Shown here one piece after another: positions 1 to 13,199 of a DNA stretch of 64,000 nucleotides. The stretch's first letter is position 1; each line of letters opens with the position of its first letter. Source of the DNA: Octopus vulgaris (lineage: Eukaryota); the NCBI GenBank assembly GCA_951406725.2, contig OX597840.1:12214001-12278000 (forward strand), read 5' to 3'. The notes under the pieces were generated by a model, which did no database searches, was not told where the DNA came from, and saw nothing but the letters and a program-made list of their open reading frames with translations. A program made the position numbers and the translations under genes.

Positions 1-296
1 TCTCTTTTGCCGAACTGCTAAGTTACGGGGACGTAAACACACCGGCATCGGTTGTCAAGCGATGTTGGGGGACAAACACAGACACACACACATACATATA
101 TATGAGTGTGTGTGTGTGTATATGCATATATACGATGGGCTTCTTTCAGTTTCCGTCTACCAAATCCACTCAAAGGGATTTGGTCAGCTCGAAGCTATAG
201 TAGAAGACACTTGCCCAAGGTGCTACGCAATGGGACTGAACCCAGAACCATGTGGTTGGTAAGCAAGCTGCTTACCACACAGCCACTCCTGCGCCT
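1..296 (-). mobile_element. tRNA-derived SINE, family A (partial, runs off the window edge)
   Basis: Minus strand begins GGCGCAGGAGTGGCTGTGTGGTAAG (A box) ... GGTTCAGTCCC (B box), followed by an internal (TA/TG)n linker and the family tail. The same sequence recurs about 20 times in the window. Confidence 0.9.
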
Positions 297-734
297 ATCT
301 ACTAAATTCTGCAAAATCAAGGAAGCAATCTGATCAGTAATTAAAAAACTAAAACAAGCCAAACTATAACGATGCTCTACCTCTCTCAAGCAAATAATTA
401 TTTGAGATGCATTTAGTTATGGTGCTTTCAGTGATAAACCAATTTTGGAAAATGGTAATTTTACTGTTCAGGAAATTACATCCAATAAATAATATAAGAC
501 TTCAAATTTTATAGGAATTTTATAAAATTACATTTCCATTTACGTATAAATGCAAATATTGTGTCACAAATTTCAGTGATTTTTACATGAATTTCACAAA
601 AATTTCTTCTTTTTTACTTCTATTTATTGAGAATGTTTTTAACAAATCATCTCAATGATGTTTTCGTCTTGTGTATAATAGTTTATGTCTAACAACAAGG
701 TTTTTGAATGAGAATAATTTTCCATGAATTGCAC

Positions 735-1980
735 ATTTATAAGGTTTTACCTGTGTTTTTTCCCCAATTGATATTAATGAGACAATGATGGCAGTGAGTT
801 GGCAGAGTCATTAGAGTGTCAGACAAACTGTTGCTAAGCATTTCGTCTGACTCTTTGTTCTGAGTTCAAATCTCACCAAGGTCTACTTTGCCTTTTTTCC
901 TTTCGGGATCGATAAAATAAGTACCAGTGAAGTACTGGGGTTGATATAATTGACTAAACCCCTCCCTAAAATTGCAGGCCTTGCACCATTTAGAATTGTG
1001 AACTGGCAGAATCGTTATAGTGTCGGACAAAATGCTTAGAGGTATTTCTTCCAGCTCTTTACATTCTGAGTTCAAAACCTGCCAAGGGCAACTTTGGTTT
1101 TCATCTTTTGCGAGTTTATAAAATAAAGAATCAGTCAAAAGCCGTTGTCAATGAGATCGATTGGTCATCTCCCACAAAATTTCAGTCCTTGAGCTTACTG
1201 TAGACAAATATGAATGAGATTGTGATAGCTGCTAGCTAGCAGAATTGTTAGCATGCAGCTGCCGAGGTTGACTTAGCCTTTCATCCTTTAGGTGTCGATA
1301 AATTAAGTACCAGTTGTGTACTGGGGTCAATGTAATTGACTAGTCCCCGCCCCCAAAATTTCAGGTTTTGAGTAGAAAAGAATTGTTAGCATGCTGCCGC
1401 TGAGGTCAACTTTGCCTTTCATCCTTTTGGGATCGATAAACTAAGTACCAGTGAAACACTGGGGTCAATGTAATCGACTAGTCCCCGCCCCCCAAATTTC
1501 ATGACTGGTGCCTTGAGTAGAAATGAATTGTTAGCATGCTGGACAAAATGTTTTGTGGTATTTCTTCAGACATTTTATATTCTGAGTTCAAATGTGCTTT
1601 TCATCATTTTGGGGTTGGGGTCGATAAAATATAGTATCAGCCAAGTACTGGGACCCCTTACCTGACCCCTAAAATTGCTGGCCTTGTGCCTAAATACAAG
1701 AGAAAATTATTGATGAGATTGTGTTACAATAAAAAACTTTAATGAGGACTACATTTTTTCCCCTTTTCTTATTACTGTAACCACAAGACTTGAAATTTTA
1801 GGGTACGGGGTTGTCAATTACCTCAACCCCATTGCTTGACTAGTACTAATTTTATTGACCCTGAAAGGATGAGCGGCAAAGTAGACCTTGGTGGAATTTA
1901 AACCCAGAATGTAAAACCGGAAGAAATATCACTAAGTATTATGTTTGGTGCAGTAATAATTGTGTCAGCTTGCCACCTTA
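735..1980. mobile_element. Cluster of decayed family-B SINE copies
   Basis: Repeated motif GAGTTCAAA...GTCGACTTTGCCTTTCATCCTTTCGGGGTCGATAAATTAAGTACCAG; mostly + strand, with one - copy at about 1790-1980. Confidence 0.8.
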
Positions 1981-2333
1981 CCATAATGACAAAGAATGGT
2001 TACAAGATCTTTCAGCAAGGTGTATTGGTGGATAACAAGATTACAATTCAGAGAGTCATATCTACCGTATTTCACACTAATAGTTTTTTCTTCTTAAGCC
2101 TGTATTCAAACTTGTAGGTGACAAGAAAAGACTAATTCACACTAAATTTTTCTCACGTATTTCATTCACAATAACATTTTGTTAACCACAAGTTTATAAT
2201 TTACAAATATTTTTACAAAAAAGTCTCTCTCAAATGCAAATACATTTGTAGATTACAAGATGAGAATGATTCCCTTTACATTTCACCATGATAGATATTG
2301 TCTTATGTGTGTACACAATGTTGGACTAGTAAT

Positions 2334-3668
2334 TTACATTTGCAAGACCATTTCTGGTGTTTCGCGATTAAGAGGCTTCCGTTCGGTGTGGATCTGTTTG
2401 TGTCTTGTTAAGTGACTGTTGGTGATAAAAGATTTCCCACACACCTCACAGCTGTATGGTTTTTCTCCCGTGTGGCTGCGGATGTGGGTGACAAGATGGG
2501 AATTATTCATGTAAGACTTCCCACATACCTCACAGTGATAGGGTTTTTCCCCAGTGTGACTTCGTTTGTGGATGACAAGGTTCGAATTGTTAGAAAAAGA
2601 CTTTTCACATATATCGCAATGAAACAGTTTTTCCCTGTTGTGTATTCGTTTGTGACTGATTAAATAACTATTATCGATAAAAGCTTTCCCACACACTTTG
2701 CAATGATAGGGTTTTTCCCCTGTATGGATTCGTTTGTGGACAACAAAGTTCGAATTATAATTGAAAGATTTGCCACATGTCTCACAATGAAACGGTTTTT
2801 CTCCCGTGTGGATAATTTTATGCCTTGTTAAATTACTGTTATTAACGAAAGACTTCCCACATATTACACAGTGGAAGGACTTCTCCCCAGTATGGGCCCT
2901 TTTGTGGGTCATTAATTTGGTGTTAGACACAAACGACTTTTCGCATATTTCACAACGGAAAGGTTTTTCTCCTGTGTGACTACGAATGTGGGTAACAAGA
3001 TTCGAGTTTTTCGTGAACGATCGTTCACATATCTGACAGTGGAACAGTTTCTCTTCGTTATGTATTCTTCTGTGGCTTGTCAAATAATTATTGCCGACGA
3101 ATGATTTCCCACAGATTTCACAGTGATACGGTTTTTCCCCAGTATGTATTCGTCTGTGGATAACAAGTTTCGAATTATAATTGAAAGATTTCCCACAGAC
3201 TTCACAGTGAAAAGCCTTTCCTCCTGCGTGAATTCGATTATGACTTGTCAAGTCGCTGTTCGAGACAAAAGACTTCTCACAAATGAGACACTGGAACGAT
3301 TTCGACCCCATGTGTATTCTTCTGTGTCTGTTTAAATCGCCGTTCGAGGCAAAACATTTCCCACATATCTCACAACAGTAGGATTTTTCTCCCGTGTGTA
3401 CCAAGTTGTGTCTGGTTAACTTACTGTTAGAAACAAAGGCTTTCCCGCAGACTTCACAGCGGAAAACTTTCACCTTGTGTATTTCTGTGTGTGTGAATAA
3501 TTCATGTTGTGAAAAAAAGGTTTTACTGCAAATATCGCAGCGATATTCCGTGATATTTCTCTGATCCGTGAATGCTTCGTCGCATGAAGACTTCTCACCA
3601 TTGAATGTCTCTGGAACGGAATCGACATCGTTAAAAACCGTTTTATCCGAAGTATTAACGTCTTCCAT
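2334..3668 (-). CDS. C2H2 zinc-finger protein, 14 tandem fingers, single coding exon (444 aa)
   Basis: 14 C-x2-C-x12-H-x3-H units, mostly joined by TGEKP/S linkers; intact ATG-to-stop ORF. A candidate 5'-UTR splice acceptor (ttattcag|) lies at 3842-3843 on the - strand. Confidence 0.96.
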   Translation of the reverse strand: MEDVNTSDKTVFNDVDSVPETFNGEKSSCDEAFTDQRNITEYRCDICSKTFFSQHELFTHTEIHKVKVFRCEVCGKAFVSNSKLTRHNLVHTGEKSYCCEICGKCFASNGDLNRHRRIHMGSKSFQCLICEKSFVSNSDLTSHNRIHAGGKAFHCEVCGKSFNYNSKLVIHRRIHTGEKPYHCEICGKSFVGNNYLTSHRRIHNEEKLFHCQICERSFTKNSNLVTHIRSHTGEKPFRCEICEKSFVSNTKLMTHKRAHTGEKSFHCVICGKSFVNNSNLTRHKIIHTGEKPFHCETCGKSFNYNSNFVVHKRIHTGEKPYHCKVCGKAFIDNSYLISHKRIHNREKLFHCDICEKSFSNNSNLVIHKRSHTGEKPYHCEVCGKSYMNNSHLVTHIRSHTGEKPYSCEVCGKSFITNSHLTRHKQIHTERKPLNRETPEMVLQM

Positions 3669-4639
3669 ATTAATTAACCAGGAATTCTTAAAAGCAGAAG
3701 AAATGTCTGTGACTATGATCGATTATGGTTCGGTTTCTTGCCTTGGATATCTCTGAATTCTGTTTACATGATTAAATCCAATTAACAGAATTAAATGTCA
3801 AGCTGGGAAGCAGGCGGTGTCGACCATCAAATTTCCCTTGTCTGAATAACACCGGTGACATACGTTAAATGTCCCTAAGTAAGTGACTATCTTTAAATGC
3901 ATTAAAACACTGTAACATGATCTGAACACTATTTCAGAAAGTTATAACCAATCTCATTGAGCATATAAAAAGACAAATTTAGATGGGGCAAAACGAGTAA
4001 GACAAGTTAAGGTAAATTTACCTTTTGAATTCCCTAGAATTAATACATTCAGAAACTCCTGTTACAATAATTTACTCCTTTAACACTATCTAACCTACGT
4101 TAAAAAGAAAAAAAGAAAGGAAAATCATTGACTAAAATAATTGTTGTGTACCAACGAAGAAGCTTCGAAGCAACATTTTTTTCTTTTAAGAAATGGGCTG
4201 CAAAAGACATGACCCATCACCTGGCAGACCACACTAAAAAAAAAACAAAAAAACATCAAGGTAATTTTTCTTTGGTCTTCCATTCAGAAAGTCCCACGGG
4301 CTGTGGTTTGCCAGTGACTGCTCTATATTGTCGTTCGACCTACTATAAAAAGCAGTCAAATTTTATTTGAATCACAACCTACTCTTTCAGTAGAGTGAAC
4401 TATATATTCACCAATGTATTCCAAGATAGGAAAAAAACCCCAAAATCTGAATAAAAAACAAAACGAAACGAAACGAAACTCGATGGTCACTCTTGAAACA
4501 CCTTTCATCATAGGTGAGATCAATGATGTTGATATTGAGCTTAAGCAACACTGTATTGGTATAAGAATTTGGGGCGGGGTACAATAAGGTGTTTAACTGC
4601 ACTTTTGACTTGGAGAAGAAATGTTTATAGCGCACTATA

Positions 4640-5745
4640 TAGGTGCAGGAGTGGTTTGCTTACCAACCACATGGTTCCAGGTTCAGTCCCACTGTGTGGC
4701 ACCTTGGTCAAGTGTCTTCTACTATAGCCTCGGGCTGACCGATGACTTGTGAGTGGATTTGGTCGGCGGAAACTGAAAGAAGCCCGTCGTATATATGTAT
4801 ACATGTATGTGTGTGTGTATATAAAAATAATAATAATAATAATAATTGTGTACAGTGCTCAGGTGCACTACAACTCATCTAAAGTGTATATATAATCAGG
4901 TGTAGTTTCGGCGGATTTCGGAAAGCATGAGGGCCTTAAAAGATGCAGTGTCATGGCAGTCAACAACTGACGCAGGCAGTTTATTCCATGCTTCAGCAAC
5001 TCTGAGCGTGAAAAAATGTTTCCGAAAGTCATGGGAGCTGTATTGTTTTCTGACTTTGTAGGCATGTCCACGTGTGTTAGACACATGGAGATCAAAAAGG
5101 TGTTCAGTGTTGTTGTTGGTGAGGTGGTTGATAACTTTGTGGGTGTTTACCAAGTCCGTCGCCAAATGCCGGAGCTTCAGTGAATCCATGCCCAGGGAAA
5201 CAAGGCGCTCAGAATATGGTAGGTGTCTGATGGAGGGTATGCGTTTGGTTGCACGTCTCTGGACAGATTCCAGGAGGTCAATGTTCTGTGCAAGATAGGG
5301 GTTCCAAACTGATGATGCGAATTCCAAGTGTGGTCGTACCATAGCTGTATACAGTTTTAAATAGATGGCTGGAGAGCGGCTAACAAAAGACCTGCTGAGT
5401 GATGCCAAGACACCCTCGGCCTTCCTGACAATCTTAGAGATATGCTTTGACCAACGCAAATCACTGCTGACAGTGATGCCTAGGTCACGCTCACAAGAGG
5501 ATTTCTTGATATCAGTGTTGTGTTTGTGTGTCTGTGTTTGTGTCCCCCATCATCGCTTGATAACCGATGTTGGTGTGTTTATGTCCCCGTAACTTAGCGG
5601 TTCGGCAAAAGAGACCGATAGAATAAGTACTGGGCTTCTAAAGAATTAGTCCTGGGGTCGATTTGCTCAACTAAAGGCAGTGCTCCAGCATGGCTGCCGT
5701 CAAATGACTGAAACAAGTAACAGAATAAAATAGTAAAAGAGTAAC
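4640..5745 (+). mobile_element. Family-A SINE split by a LINE insertion (head 4640-4822, tail 5521-5745)
   Basis: Both halves match intact copies (e.g. 14589-14990), and the break lies in the internal microsatellite. Confidence 0.85.
4826..5520 (-). mobile_element. 5'-truncated CR1-clade LINE (ORF2 C-terminus, 3'UTR, (TTA)n tail)
   Basis: Translates ...ERDLGITVSSDLRWSKH...VRPHLEFASSVW...ESVQRRATK...TRGH...RKHFFTLRVAEAWNKLP, typical CR1 ORF2 C-terminal motifs; ends in (TTA)n. Confidence 0.9.
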
Positions 5746-6388
5746 CTTATAAAAACTACTTCACCAAAGTAAGTGACCATCTTTAAATGCATTAAAACAC
5801 TGTAATATGATCTGAACACTATTTCAGAAAGTTATCACCAATCTCATTGAACATATAAAAAGACAAATTTAGATGGGGCAAAATGAGTAAGACAAGTTAA
5901 GGTAAATTTACCTTTTCAATTCCCTAGAATTATATTTGCAAAAAGACTCATACACATCAATATCCTTCCTTAGGCACCAGAAAGATCAGACATGTAACAA
6001 AAATTTTAAATGTCTGCAGCAAATGAAAGAGGATCATGATATGAAATTAACGAAACTCAACTAGATAAAAATCAACTAAACATAAAATAATTTCTATAGC
6101 TTCTTCATGTTCTCCTGGAATGTATTTTCCCCAGTACGTTTATGCACCATACAGTTAAAGAGGAGAAATTCTTGAAATTACACATTACTCATTTTGCCCC
6201 ATTTTAGACATCAGTTTTTTAAAAATTAGCAAATTTGACATTAGTATAGGAAAAGATTGACTTGGAATCCAACAGAAAAAAAGAATATTGATTATGAAAC
6301 ACCAAAAGTTATGCAGATATTTTATTAGCGACCAAAATTAACCGGGTCAACGTTGAAAAATTTCTTGAAAAAACAGTACCTGTCATCT
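5745..6388. repeat. Old dispersed repeat (unclassified, probably a non-autonomous DNA element)
   Basis: 5768-5932 is nearly identical to 3878-4052, and the whole segment has a diverged inverted homolog at about 19436-20062. Confidence 0.7.
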
Positions 6389-6400
6389 ATGTTATGGATA

Positions 6401-6780
6401 TGGAAGCACTCCGTCGGTCATGACGATGAGGGTTCCGGTTGATCCGAATCAACGGAACAGCCTGCTCATGAAATTAATGTGTAAGTGGCTGAGCACTCCA
6501 CAGACACGTGTACCCTTAACGTAGTTCTCGGGGATATTCAGCATGACACAGAGAGTGACAAGGCCGGCCCTTTGAAATACAGGTACAACAGAAACAGGAA
6601 GTAAGAGTGAGAGAAAGTTGTGGTGAAAGAGTACAGCAGGGATCACCACCATCCCCTGCCGGAGCCTCGTGGAGCTTTAGGTGTTTTCGCTCAATAAACA
6701 CTCACAACGCCCGGTCTGGGAATCGAAACCGCGATCCTATGACCGCGAGTCCGCTGCCCTAACCACTGGGCCATTGCGCC
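6401..6780 (-). mobile_element. tRNA-derived SINE, family C
   Basis: Head GGCGCAATGGCCCAGTGGTTAGGGCAGCGGACTCGCGG...GGTTTCGATTCCC with A and B boxes; near-identical + copy at 10028-10411. Confidence 0.88.
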
Positions 6781-6844
6781 GCCCATCTATGTTATACACA
6801 CACTCACACACATGCTCACACACTCACACACACACATTCATTTT

Positions 6845-6955
6845 ATAAATAATCAGCAGAAATTGGAGAGTGACTCAGGTGCTGAGAGTTTCATGTGTTG
6901 GCCAATGCACGAAACTATTGGCCCTTGAGTCACTCTGTGACTTCTGATTATTAAT
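6845..6955. mobile_element. Small palindromic MITE-like element
   Basis: Imperfect hairpin: AATAATCAG..AGAGTGACTCA..AGTTTC versus GAAACT..TGAGTCACTCT..CTGATTATT, centred on TTGGCCAA. Confidence 0.55.
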
Positions 6956-7474
6956 ATATACATGTACAAGTGATGGCTGTCCACTCGTGACCAAGGAAGA
7001 CTATTGCCGACTTTTAGGAAGATTGTGCGTTCAAGGACTAACTTATATTTTGCATTTGCAGCTCCGTTGGGGGGAGGGGGCTAATGAGCCCTGCTCTTAA
7101 CAAGCATACACGACTGCAAACATTGTAAACCAAGCTTTCCCCATTCACTCCACCAGCAGTGTGCTTCCGAGCAGCACACATAAGTTCTTCATGCAAAATA
7201 CATGCTCCCAGAGCATCATAGCCACATGTTGAGAAGGATTCTTTGGGTTTGAATAAATGTAAGAAAAGTAAATTACGGAAATGTACTCGCATAGCAAGTA
7301 ACTTGATCTGAGATCGTGTGCTGGAACGAAAACAATTGCAGCGTGGAAGGTGTTTATAAGCCATTTAAGAAACACACAAAAGCCGTTCGATTCACTTCAA
7401 CATTTAAGTTTAATTTGTCAAAATATTTTCGTCGCTAAAATCCGCGACCTGTTCACTGACAAAAATCCGTGCTG

Positions 7475-8062
7475 AAAAGTAAAAGAAAAGTAAAGTTTGA
7501 AGGAAATATTAGCTATTTTTCTTACTTTCTTAGGGTAAGCAAACAGGAAATAAGAGTTGCTACCCAAGGACAAAAAATATTGTTATAGCAAATATTCTGC
7601 TCAATATCACAGGTTTTGTTTGTCAGTTGCTTGACCGTGACCAGTTGAGCATGTCCCTTAGTGATTGACAATATCCACATCTCTGATGATGAGCAGGAGT
7701 ATTGGTGGAGCAATGTATAAGGTGGTGAGCTGGCAGAAACGTTAGCACGCCGGGCGAAATGCATAGCCGTATTTCGTCTGCCGTTAAGTTCCGAGTTCAA
7801 ATTCCGCCAAGGTCAACTTTGCCTTTCATCCTTTCGGGGTCGATTAAATAAGTACCAGTTATGCACTGGAGTCGATATAATCGACTTAATCTCTTTGTTT
7901 GTTCTCTCTGTGTTTGGCCCCTTGTGGGTAGTAAAGAAATAGGTGGAGCAATGTAGTCATGTGTTGAGAGGGATTCTTTGGGGGTTTGAATAAATGTAAC
8001 AAAAGCAAAGTTTGAAGGGAACATTAACCATTTATCGTACTTTCTAGAGGTATAACAGTTGT
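7475..8062 (+). mobile_element. Composite of a non-autonomous DNA repeat with an inserted family-B SINE; duplicated at 13880-14465
   Basis: Near-identical to 13880-14465, including the SINE at 7720-7940 flanked by the duplicated target GGTGGAGCAATG. Confidence 0.8.
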
Positions 8063-8074
8063 TATAAAACCTGC

Positions 8075-8497
8075 TTCCTCCATCTGTGGCGATGACAGGC
8101 GATGACAGGCATTGCTCTCCCAGTCAGTCTCCTGCATTTTGCAGGCCTTTAACGAGGACTTGACACAGTCCTTAAATTGCAACCTTGGTTTCTGCCGGGG
8201 TCTCTTTCCATTTGCAAGTTCTCCATTTGCAAAAATACATACATACACACACACATACATACATACACACATACATACACACACACATACATACATAAAT
8301 ACATACATACATACATACATAATAATACATACATACATACATACATACACACAACATACATACATACATACATACATACACACACACATACATACACACA
8401 CATACATACATACATACACACACACATACATACATAAATACATACATACTTACATACATACATACATACATACATACACACATACATACATACACAC

Positions 8498-8554
<57 letters not shown>

Positions 8555-8603
8555 TACATACATACATACATACATACATACATACATACATACATACATA
8601 CAT

Positions 8604-8642
<39 letters not shown>

Positions 8643-8790
8643 CATGTGCACACATATAGAGATATAGAATACAGACGTACATAGGCATGGCCAAGAAGAT
8701 TGAGTTTGCTATATCTTGCAGATCGAATGACTGCATTGAGTCCCTTGTTAGCTTTGCTATTAGTCATATTTAGAATAGCAAAAGTCAAAA
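8075..8790 (-). mobile_element. RTE-clade LINE ORF C-terminal relic interrupted by a (CATA/CA)n microsatellite (8235-8660)
   Basis: ...VIRSARYSKLNLLGHAYVR on one side and FANGELANGKRPRQKPRLQFKDCVKSSLKACKMQETDWESNACHR on the other; these are adjacent RTE C-terminal motifs. Confidence 0.75.
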
Positions 8791-9087
8791 TTTATCTCCA
8801 AACAAAAATATTCTTTTGCTTCAAGGCTAACTCATGCTTTTATCCGTTGTTTTACAACTATGATGAAGCAGGTTAGGTTCGAAGCTTCCTCCAAAATTAA
8901 TTCCAGAGAATATGTTCCTATTTAATCTTCCATGAAATGGCTACTTATTTATATCCACTTCCTTCATATAATGACAAATTTGGTTTATTTATGGTATTGT
9001 CTATCTATCTGTCTGTTTGTCTATTGAAAGTAAAGATAGTAGAGAGAAAGTTGTATCTCTCTCTCTCTCTCTCTCTCTCTGTATGTA

Positions 9088-10411
<1,324 letters not shown>

Positions 10412-10427
10412 TATATATATATATATA

Positions 10428-11215
10428 ATAATATTAGGGAATAAATCCAAACTTACAGGGAAAAATTAGATTTAGGATTAAATCCAATTTTATAGTATAA
10501 ATATATTATATTATATCATATTAAATTAGAGATAAAACCACTATTAGGCAAATCAAACAGTGAAAAACATAAGCCAATACATAAAATTAATTAAAAAATA
10601 TAAAAGTTAAAAATAAAAATTATTTAAATAATATATATATATACTTTATAATTAGGGTTCAGCAAAGATTTGCTTTACCACATACCGAAGTTTAGAAATA
10701 GCAGCCAAAGAACCTTAGCTATTCCCTATACTTTAAAAAGAGACTCCCGGAAAAAAACAAAGTACTTGAAAACAATCCATGCAGGCAGAGAGGAAAAATA
10801 ACGAAAATCAATCGATATAGGGAATAGCTAAGGTTCTTTGGCTGCTATTTCTAAACTTTGGTATGTGGTAAAGCAAATCTTTGCTGAATCCTAATTATAA
10901 AGTATTACTTAAGTTTACCGTGAAATGGTCCTTTTTCATGCCGAATTCTACTTGGTGAAATTATTGATTACTACTTAATTAATTAATTTTACCCTTTGTT
11001 ATTATTGATAATATAATTTTCTCCTATATATATATATATTTCGTTTTTGGATTTGGTTTGCAAGATTCTTTATATGAGTTCGTGTGTTGAAGCATATTCT
11101 GTTGTGTCTGGGGAGAGACATTTTCTTTTTGTGTCTTATAATGTATCACACTCACCAGTGTGTTAAATAATAAGGCACAAAAAGAAAATGACTCTCCCCA
11201 GACACAACAGTATAT
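10428..11215. mobile_element. Stack of (TA)n-separated Penelope-like pLTR fragments with inverted repeats
   Basis: About 90-bp inverted arms at 10641-10730 / 10816-10905 and about 42-bp arms at 11098-11139 / 11170-11211. 10428-10630 is homologous to 25930-26120 and, inverted, to 41860-41945. Confidence 0.65.
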
Positions 11216-11231
11216 ATATATATAAGTTTAA

Positions 11232-11563
11232 TGTGCATGGCTCAGTGGTTAGAGCATCAAGCTTACGATTGTGAGGTTGTGAGTTTGATTCCCAGACCAG
11301 GTTGTGTGTTGTGTTCTTGAGCAAGACACTTTATTTCATGTTGCTCCAGTTCACTCAGCTGTAGAAATGAGTTGCGACATCACTGTTGCCAAGCTGTATC
11401 GGATTTGCTTTTCCCTTGGATAACACTAGTGGCGTGGAGAGGGGAGGCCGGTATGCATGGGTGACTGCTGGCCTTCCATAAAAACAATCTTGCTTGGATT
11501 TGTACCTCGGAGGGTAACTTTCTAGGTGCAATCCCATGGTCATTCATGACCGATGGGGTTCTC
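11232..11563 (+). mobile_element. tRNA-derived SINE, family D
   Basis: Head TGGCTCAGTGGTTAGAGC...GAGTTTGATTCCC, then GTGTTCTTGAGCAAGACACTT...CAGTTCACTCAGCTGTAGAAATGAGT; second copy at 20825-21173 (-). Confidence 0.85.
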
Positions 11564-11745
11564 CTCCTCCAATGCACAATATATGGATTTATCTAATCTA
11601 GTGGTAATCACAAAAAAAGCTCCTTTAGTAGACCAGGCCACAAACCCCATAGTAAACTAATACAAAGGGGTTTAATGTAGAGTCTTATGTAGTTGAAATT
11701 CAGTAAATCCAGTCAGTAATGATTATTTCATGGGGAGTATATTGA

Positions 11746-12138
11746 ATATATATAAAAGTCAAGTTGTGTGTCCGTCTCCTACGATTTAGATTCCTAACTA
11801 CTCCCACATTTTGCGGTGCAGTTTAACCAAAACCGGGTATCTTATAGTTGTGATTCATATCTAGCCCTTCTGGGTATTAGCACGCGTCTACGATGAGTCT
11901 ACGATTAAAAAAAAAATTTACCATCACTTTTTCCATTTTAATGCATTTTTTCGCTATTATATAAGGGAAGTAACTCTCTAAAAATGTCTACGATGAGTCA
12001 ACAATTTAAAAAAAATTTACCATAATTTTTTTCCATTTTGAATGCATTTTTTTTGCTATTTTTTGGCTATAACTCTCTAAAAATGCTTATATAGTTATTT
12101 CCCTTACAAACCTGAGCAACGCCGGGCGATACTGCTAG
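11746..12138 (+). mobile_element. Non-autonomous Helitron
   Basis: 3' end CCTGAGCAACGCCGGG hairpin followed by CTAG|T; body matches 48561-48863 and 54882-55389. The 5' TC is lost in this copy. Confidence 0.8.
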
Positions 12139-12607
12139 TTGAATATAAAGGAAGTCAGGGGATATGAGATGAATATATATATGTCCCCAGTTGATATCCA
12201 TACGATAACAGCTGTTTTGCAGCCCACATCATGCAAAAACAAGTTGAAAATTGATGTAACCATTATATTCTTTTCCACTCTAGGCACAAGGCCTGAAATT
12301 TTTGGAGAGTGGGGACCAGTCGATTAGATCAACCCTAGTATGCAACTTTGTACTTAAATTGTCAACCCTGAAAGGACGAAAGGCAAAATCGGCCTTGGTG
12401 GAATTTGAACTCAAAATGTAAAGACAGATGAAATACCATTAAGCATTTAGTATCCGTCTACCAAATGCACCCACAAGGATTTGGTTAGCCTGGGGATATA
12501 GTAGGAGATATAAATAGTAGGAGATATCTACCCTAGGTGCCACACAGTGGGACTGAACCTGGAACCACGTGATTGGGAAGCAAACTTCTTACAACACAGC
12601 CATACCT

Positions 12608-12965
12608 ATCATCATCATCATCATCATCATCATTTAACGTCCGCTTTCCATGCTAGCATGGGTTGGACAATTTGACTGAGGACTTGCAAACCAGATGGCT
12701 GCACCAGGCTCCAATCTGATCTGGCAGAGTTTCTACAGCTGGATGCCCTTCCTAACGCCAACCACTCCGAGAGTGTAGTAGGTGCTTTTATGTGCCACCA
12801 GCACGAGGGCCAGTCTGGCGGTACTGGCTACGGCCATGCTGGAAATGGTGTTCTTTACATGCCACCTGCACAGGAGTCAGTCCAGCGGCACTGGCAACGA
12901 CCTCGCTTGAATGTTTTGTTCATGTGCCACCGGCACAAGTGCCAGTAAGGCGTCGCTGGTAATGA
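12608..12965 (-). mobile_element. RTE-type 3' end or RTE-tailed SINE with (GAT)n tail
   Basis: GGAAGGGCATCCAGCTGTAGAAAC motif and (GAT)n tail shared with 50830-51207 (+), 39060-39140 (+) and 57950-58540, the last being contiguous with an RTE ORF relic. Confidence 0.7.
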
Positions 12966-13199
12966 TCTATATTCACAAGGTGGTGTGTGGGGCAGAATCG
13001 TTTGCTCACCAGACAAAATGCTTAGCTTCATTTCTTTTGGTTTTACCTTCTGAGTTCAAATTCTGCTGAGGTTTACTTTACCTTTCATCTTTACAGGGTC
13101 AATAGAATAAAGAACCAGCCAAGCACTGTGAGTGATGGAACCAACAAACTCCTTCCTCAAAATTCCCAGCTTTGTGCCAATAGTAGGAAGGATTACACT

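Noticed and set aside
62-389. Recurrent ORFs such as ...YQIHSQGFGRPEAIVEDTCPRCHAVGLNPEPCGW and MNSERNGRRNT...
   Set aside because: Chance reading frames of high-copy SINEs; frames and stops differ among copies.
2412-3756. Plus-strand ORFs overlapping the zinc-finger gene
   Set aside because: Antisense shadows of the repetitive C2H2 exon.
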